Shown: positions 58,457 to 62,675 of the stretch, piece by piece | How the letters are laid out: each line of letters starts with the position of its first letter | Position numbering within the stretch: position 1 is the first letter of the stretch | IMG/VR virus record: IMGVR_UViG_3300022748_000002 | From: a virus | DNA: 62,675 bases | Reading direction: 5' to 3' (one strand) | The notes under the pieces: model-generated | Databases searched by the model: none | Seen by the model: only the letters and a program-made list of their open reading frames with translations | What the model was told of the DNA's origin: nothing | Translations under genes and position numbers: made by a program

Positions 58457-58873
58457 ATGTTTGTCGCAGGACTCACCACCAGTTTCAAAGAGCAAGTGCT
58501 GCTTGGTGTCCACAACTTGGACACCGACGACATTTTCATTGCGCTGTACGACGACACAGCAGTTCTTGACGCCACGACAACGGAATACACCACCGTGGGC
58601 GAAGTCACGAGCGCGGGCTACGTTGCAGGCGGCATCCAGTTGGTCTCAGAAGGCGTTGGCGGTGCCAACGGCACGGGCTACTGCAACTTCGTCAACCCAA
58701 CTTGGTACGGCACGACCTTTACTGTTCGTGGGGCGCTAATCTACAATGCATCAAAGGGCAACAAGTCAATTGGTGTGCTGAATTTTGGTCTCAATCAGAC
58801 AACGCTGACGCAAGACTTCACGATCCAATTTCCTTTCAACAATCCGGAAACTGCGCTGGTGCGCATTGCCTAA
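58457..58873 (+). CDS. Structural-module protein (138 aa)
   Basis: SD GAGGT. Confidence 0.5.
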   Translation: MFVAGLTTSFKEQVLLGVHNLDTDDIFIALYDDTAVLDATTTEYTTVGEVTSAGYVAGGIQLVSEGVGGANGTGYCNFVNPTWYGTTFTVRGALIYNASKGNKSIGVLNFGLNQTTLTQDFTIQFPFNNPETALVRIA

Positions 58874-58882
58874 GGAGCTACT

Positions 58883-59464
58883 ATGTTTTCAGACAAATCC
58901 AAAGCCAGCGACGCAGTTTCTGCCGCGTTGACAACCACCTTGGGCGCAAGCGATTCAGCCTCTGCCAAGGGCGTGTACACCCTCGAATGCCGCGATGCTG
59001 ACGGCAACCTGAAATGGTCCAATGAACTGCCAAACTTGGTGGTGAATCAGGGCTTGCAGGACATGAACGCCAAGTATTTCACTGGTAGCAGCTACTCCGC
59101 CACTTGGTACATCGGTTTGTATGGCGCAGCAGCGTCCAACAACCCTGTTGCCGGTGACACAGCTGCTTCGCATGCGGGCTTCACAGAGATCGTGCCTTAC
59201 AGCAACAGCACTCGTCCTGCTTGCACATTTGGCACGCCCTCCACAGCAAACCCCTCAGTGGCCACCAACTCAGGCTCTCCTGCCGCTTTCTTGATCAACG
59301 CAACTGCCACCGTTGGTGGCGCATTCTTGATCAGCAACAGCACAAAGAGCGGCACAAGCGGTGTCCTGTTCTCTGCTTCGGACTTCCAGTCCCCCGGCGA
59401 CCGTACTGTGGCCTCTGGCGACACGTTGAATGTGACCTACACATTCAGCCTCACTGCAACCTGA
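58883..59464 (+). CDS. Structural-module protein (193 aa)
   Basis: SD AAGGAG. Ser/Thr/Ala-rich. Confidence 0.5.
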   Translation: MFSDKSKASDAVSAALTTTLGASDSASAKGVYTLECRDADGNLKWSNELPNLVVNQGLQDMNAKYFTGSSYSATWYIGLYGAAASNNPVAGDTAASHAGFTEIVPYSNSTRPACTFGTPSTANPSVATNSGSPAAFLINATATVGGAFLISNSTKSGTSGVLFSASDFQSPGDRTVASGDTLNVTYTFSLTAT

Positions 59465-59476
59465 TAGGAGAACCAC

Positions 59477-59653
59477 ATGGCGTTCAAAATTGGTGACCAA
59501 GTAAAACTCAAGGCCGTGATCCCTGAGGGACCCGTCCAGCGCATGCGCATGGACGAAACGACCGGTGAAATTTCATACCTTCTAGAGTGGACTGACGCTG
59601 AGGGCGAAGTTCAGCATCGTTGGTTCAAAGAAGATCAGCTCACAGGAGCATGA
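59477..59653 (+). CDS. Small SH3-like protein (58 aa)
   Basis: Not in the track. SD AGGAG. MAFKIGDQVKLKAVIPEGPVQRMRMDETTGEISYLLEWTDAEGEVQHRWFKEDQLTGA. Confidence 0.45.
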   Translation: MAFKIGDQVKLKAVIPEGPVQRMRMDETTGEISYLLEWTDAEGEVQHRWFKEDQLTGA

Positions 59654-59656
59654 TAG

Positions 59657-60754
59657 ATGGCCGAGGGCGGCTGGAGCTCCGGCACTTGGGGTGAAGCAGG
59701 ATGGGGCATGTCCGTTTACTACCGGAGTGCCTCAGAGACCGCCTCGGCCGTAGATAGCGACACCTCCGCGGGCAGCACGTACAACTCGGCTGTCACAGAG
59801 GCCGCCAGCGGCGTAGATAGCGTCGCTTCCGCCCAAACCTTTGCCACAAATATTGCGGAGGCTTCCAGTGGGCTGGACACTACCTCAACCGTTCAAACTT
59901 TCGCATGTGACATCGCTGAAACAGGCTCCGGATTGGATGCCATTTCAGCCGCCCAAACCTTTGTCACAGCCGTTTCTGAGACAGCGTCTGCCGCGGATAC
60001 AGAAGTCGTTGCAGGAAGTGATTTCTATTCATCGGTCAACGAAGCTGCCTCGGGCGTCGATTCTGAAGTTGTAGCAGGCAGTGAATTCAACGTCTCGGTG
60101 GCTGAGACAAGCAGCGGCTTGGACAGCACGCTGGTGGCTTCGAGCGAATTCAATGTCTACGTGGCCGAAACAGGTGATGCGGTAGATGCTATGCAGGCAT
60201 CTCAAATTTTTGAAGTTTTGGTCGCAGAAGCATCATCGGCGCTGGACGAGACGCAGGCATCTCAAATCTTTGCGGTGCTGGTGACAGAGGCCGCGAGCGG
60301 TATTGATCTACTGGACGCAGCATTTGGCTATTTTGTCCAAGTGGACGAGGCCATCAATGCGGCAGAGACTTTTGCGTCAAACCCAATCTTTGGTGCTTCA
60401 GTGGTTGAAAATTCCTCCGCGTCTGATACCATGGCTACTCAGCAGGTCTTCGACGTGAGGGTGTCCGAGTCTGCTTCGGCGCAGGAGGAATTCCTTCTGT
60501 ATGCATCGTTTGTGGTCTCGATCAATGAGTCCGCCGAGGCAGCCGATATCATCGTGTCTGCGTTCCTCTGGAACGAAATCGACGACACGCAAACCCCTGA
60601 TTGGCAAAGCCTTGCCAACTCGACTTCTGCCGGATGGACGGAAGTGGATGACACGCAGGGCCCCAACTGGCAAAATATCGCAAATTCGACGGCATTGGCA
60701 TGGTCCGAGGTCGACGATGTGCAAACCCCAAACTGGCAAAATATTGCCACGTAA
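59657..60754 (+). CDS. Tandem-repeat tail-associated protein (365 aa)
   Basis: About 14 units of 20-21 aa (x-V-x-E-[AT]-[AS]-S-[GA]-x-D...F) followed by three 22-aa units W-x-E-[VI]-DD-x-Q-x-P-[DN]-WQ-x-[IL]-A. Lies immediately upstream of the fibre gene. Confidence 0.6.
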   Translation: MAEGGWSSGTWGEAGWGMSVYYRSASETASAVDSDTSAGSTYNSAVTEAASGVDSVASAQTFATNIAEASSGLDTTSTVQTFACDIAETGSGLDAISAAQTFVTAVSETASAADTEVVAGSDFYSSVNEAASGVDSEVVAGSEFNVSVAETSSGLDSTLVASSEFNVYVAETGDAVDAMQASQIFEVLVAEASSALDETQASQIFAVLVTEAASGIDLLDAAFGYFVQVDEAINAAETFASNPIFGASVVENSSASDTMATQQVFDVRVSESASAQEEFLLYASFVVSINESAEAADIIVSAFLWNEIDDTQTPDWQSLANSTSAGWTEVDDTQGPNWQNIANSTALAWSEVDDVQTPNWQNIAT

Positions 60755-60763
60755 GGAACTTAA

Positions 60764-62675
60764 ATGACGACAGCTTACACCTCCCTCTTAGGTCTGGCCC
60801 TCCCGGTCACAGGCGAACTCCAAGGTACTTGGGGCGACACAGTCAACAACAGCATCACTTCGCTGTTGGATTCAGCTGTTGCAGGCACCACGACCATCAG
60901 CACAGATGGGGATGTAACGCTCTCAACGACCACTGGCGCGGCCAATCAAGCACGTGAAGCAATTCTGCTGTTCTCTGGTGCACGCACCGCGCAGCGCACA
61001 ATCACAGCTCCTGCACAGTCCAAGATTTACACTGTCATCAACGCCACCACTGGCGGCTATGCGGTCAAGTTGGTCGGCGCAGGCCCAACTACAGGTTTGA
61101 CCATTCCCAACGGCGCAACAGCTGTCGTGGCATGGAACGGCTCTGACTTCATCGAAATCGGCTCTGGCACGATTGGCAACCTGACTGTCAATGGTAACTT
61201 GACTGTTACAGGCACATCGACCTTGACAGGCGGCGCAACCATCCAAGGTTTGACAGTCGGCAAGGGCGCCGGTGCTGTGGCTACCAACACTGCTGTTGGT
61301 GCTAGTGCTTTGGCGACAAACTCAACAGGAGCTCAAAACACCGCAATTGGTATCAATGCTCTGAAGTTGGCTACTGATTCACTGAACACGGCTGTTGGTA
61401 CAAACTCATTGCAGACGCAATCAACTGGCTACCGCAATACTGCCGTTGGCGCTCAGTCATTTCCCGTGCTGACCACTGGAATCGACAACGTAGCTGTTGG
61501 TACATACGCAGGAAATGGAACAACAACAGGCTCATCTAACACTGCGCTTGGTTCTAACGCTCTCTACTCCAACACCACAGCCTCTAACAACACTGCTGTT
61601 GGGTATCAGGCTGGGTACACAAATACCACTGGTGATCTGCTTACAGCTATTGGTCGTTTTGCTTTGTATAGCAACACCACTGGTACACGAAACATAGCTG
61701 TTGGCGACAACTCTTTGGGGCTAAACACCACAGGAAACTACAACACAGCGCAAGGCTATCAAGCCCTTTACTCCAACACCACAGCCAATGAAGGTACTGC
61801 TGTCGGCTACCAAGCATCGTATTCAAACACCACAGGTGTTAACTCGTCGTTCGGCAGTTCCGCGCTAAAGAACACCACCACTGGCACATCGAATACGGCC
61901 ATTGGTAAGAACTCAGTTCAGTTGAACACCACAGGCAACTACAACACTGCGCTTGGAGAATATGCCCTTTACTCCAACACCACATACTCTGCAAACGTAG
62001 CTGTCGGTTACAGCGCTGGATACACAGCCAACGGAGCGACTGTCACAGCAGTTGGCCACCAAGCCGCTTATTCCGCAAGCACAACAGGCCACGTAACCGC
62101 CTTCGGTTATCAGGCGGGCTACGGGTACACCAGCGTCTCTGAAAACTCGTCCAGTACATACATCGGATTCCGCTCTGGCTACAGCGGAACTATTACCGGC
62201 CGCGACAACACTTCTGTTGGCGGCGCAAGCTCGTACTCAATGTCAAGCGGTTCGCTCAATGCGGCACTGGGCGCCTATGCGTTGTTCGCAAACACTACTG
62301 GTAATAGCAATGCAGTTGTTGGTTACTCTGCCCTTACTTCAAACACAACAGGCTCAGGAAACTCTGCATTCGGATATGTCGCTGGGCAGGCTGGAACTGT
62401 CGCCAACAACGTGTCTTACTTCGGATATGCCGCAGGCCAGTACCAGACAGGAAATTACAACACAGCGGTTGGCTCGAACGCGATGCAAGGGACCGCAGCT
62501 TCGACAGGAACCAGCAATACTGCTGTTGGCATGTCAGCTCTTGCATCTAACACCACAGCCTCTAACAACACTGCTGTGGGGTATCAAAGTCTTTATACAA
62601 ACACTACTGGCACATACAATGCCGCTGTGGGGTATCAATCCCTTTTTGCCAACACAATAGCAAACTACAACACTG
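60764..62675 (+). CDS. Tail fibre, N-terminal part (ORF open at the window end, continues at base 1 of the circular genome)
   Basis: SD AAGGA. No in-frame stop to the window end. The N-terminus MTTAYTSLLGLALPVTGELQGTWGDTVNNSITSLLDSAVAG is typical of podovirus fibre/adaptor N-termini, from recollection. Repeats of N-T-A-x-G-x-x-A follow. Confidence 0.8.
   Translation, partial: MTTAYTSLLGLALPVTGELQGTWGDTVNNSITSLLDSAVAGTTTISTDGDVTLSTTTGAANQAREAILLFSGARTAQRTITAPAQSKIYTVINATTGGYAVKLVGAGPTTGLTIPNGATAVVAWNGSDFIEIGSGTIGNLTVNGNLTVTGTSTLTGGATIQGLTVGKGAGAVATNTAVGASALATNSTGAQNTAIGINALKLATDSLNTAVGTNSLQTQSTGYRNTAVGAQSFPVLTTGIDNVAVGTYAGNGTTTGSSNTALGSNALYSNTTASNNTAVGYQAGYTNTTGDLLTAIGRFALYSNTTGTRNIAVGDNSLGLNTTGNYNTAQGYQALYSNTTANEGTAVGYQASYSNTTGVNSSFGSSALKNTTTGTSNTAIGKNSVQLNTTGNYNTALGEYALYSNTTYSANVAVGYSAGYTANGATVTAVGHQAAYSASTTGHVTAFGYQAGYGYTSVSENSSSTYIGFRSGYSGTITGRDNTSVGGASSYSMSSGSLNAALGAYALFANTTGNSNAVVGYSALTSNTTGSGNSAFGYVAGQAGTVANNVSYFGYAAGQYQTGNYNTAVGSNAMQGTAASTGTSNTAVGMSALASNTTASNNTAVGYQSLYTNTTGTYNAAVGYQSLFANTIANYNT
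62549..62675. repeat. 127-bp exact duplicate of bases 1-127 (circular-assembly overlap)
   Basis: Base-for-base identity read directly. The fibre reading frame is continuous across the join. Confidence 0.9.

Noticed and set aside
60764-62675. A diversity-generating retroelement or other targeted hypervariation acting on the fibre.
   Set aside because: The genome has no reverse transcriptase ORF, no template-repeat/variable-repeat pair with adenine-specific differences, and no invertase.

Overview
The window is a complete, circularly closed genome of a tailed dsDNA phage. Bases 62549-62675 are an exact copy of bases 1-127, so the unit length is 62,548 bp. The tail-fibre gene reads in frame across that junction.

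Modules, from the ORFs:
- 44585 -> wrap -> 17269 (+): packaging, head, tail, internal virion proteins and lysis. Calls include terL, a 907-aa protein, portal, a GroES-like protein, scaffold, a Mu gpT-like major capsid protein, adaptor/tail proteins, a repeat protein, a 995-aa fibre, four internal virion proteins of 586-1047 aa, two holin-like proteins and an M15 endolysin.
- 17288-19658 (-): SNF2 helicase, a small ORF and a PD-(D/E)xK exonuclease.
- 19747-27275 (+): replication. Calls include an AEP primase-polymerase with PriCT, an SF1 helicase and a family A DNA polymerase with proofreading motifs.
- 27581-38572 (-): about 37 tightly coupled small ORFs. Recognisable ones are a MarR-like regulator, an HNH-AP2 endonuclease and an SPFH lipoprotein with membrane partners.
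- 39142-43970 (+): two small tandem paralogs, a terS-like gene, a VRR-NUC nuclease and seven or eight accessory ORFs.

I found no tRNA, rRNA, CRISPR array, integrase, phage RNA polymerase, tape-measure or sheath gene. The organisation therefore looks podovirus-like and host-RNAP dependent, which is an inference.

The most unusual features are non-coding:
1. A five-copy cassette (sigma70-like extended -10 promoter, conserved hairpin, identical TAGAAAGGATAG leader), one copy in front of each of five genes in 40.7-43.4 kb. The same 12-mer leader occurs at three other transcription-unit starts.
2. A 567-bp ORF-free, strand-asymmetric C-rich block directly upstream of terL. It has a perfect 21-bp direct repeat and CCACG[GCA] motifs held in strict 7-bp register.

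All functional calls rest on motifs recognised by eye and on gene order. No database search was possible.
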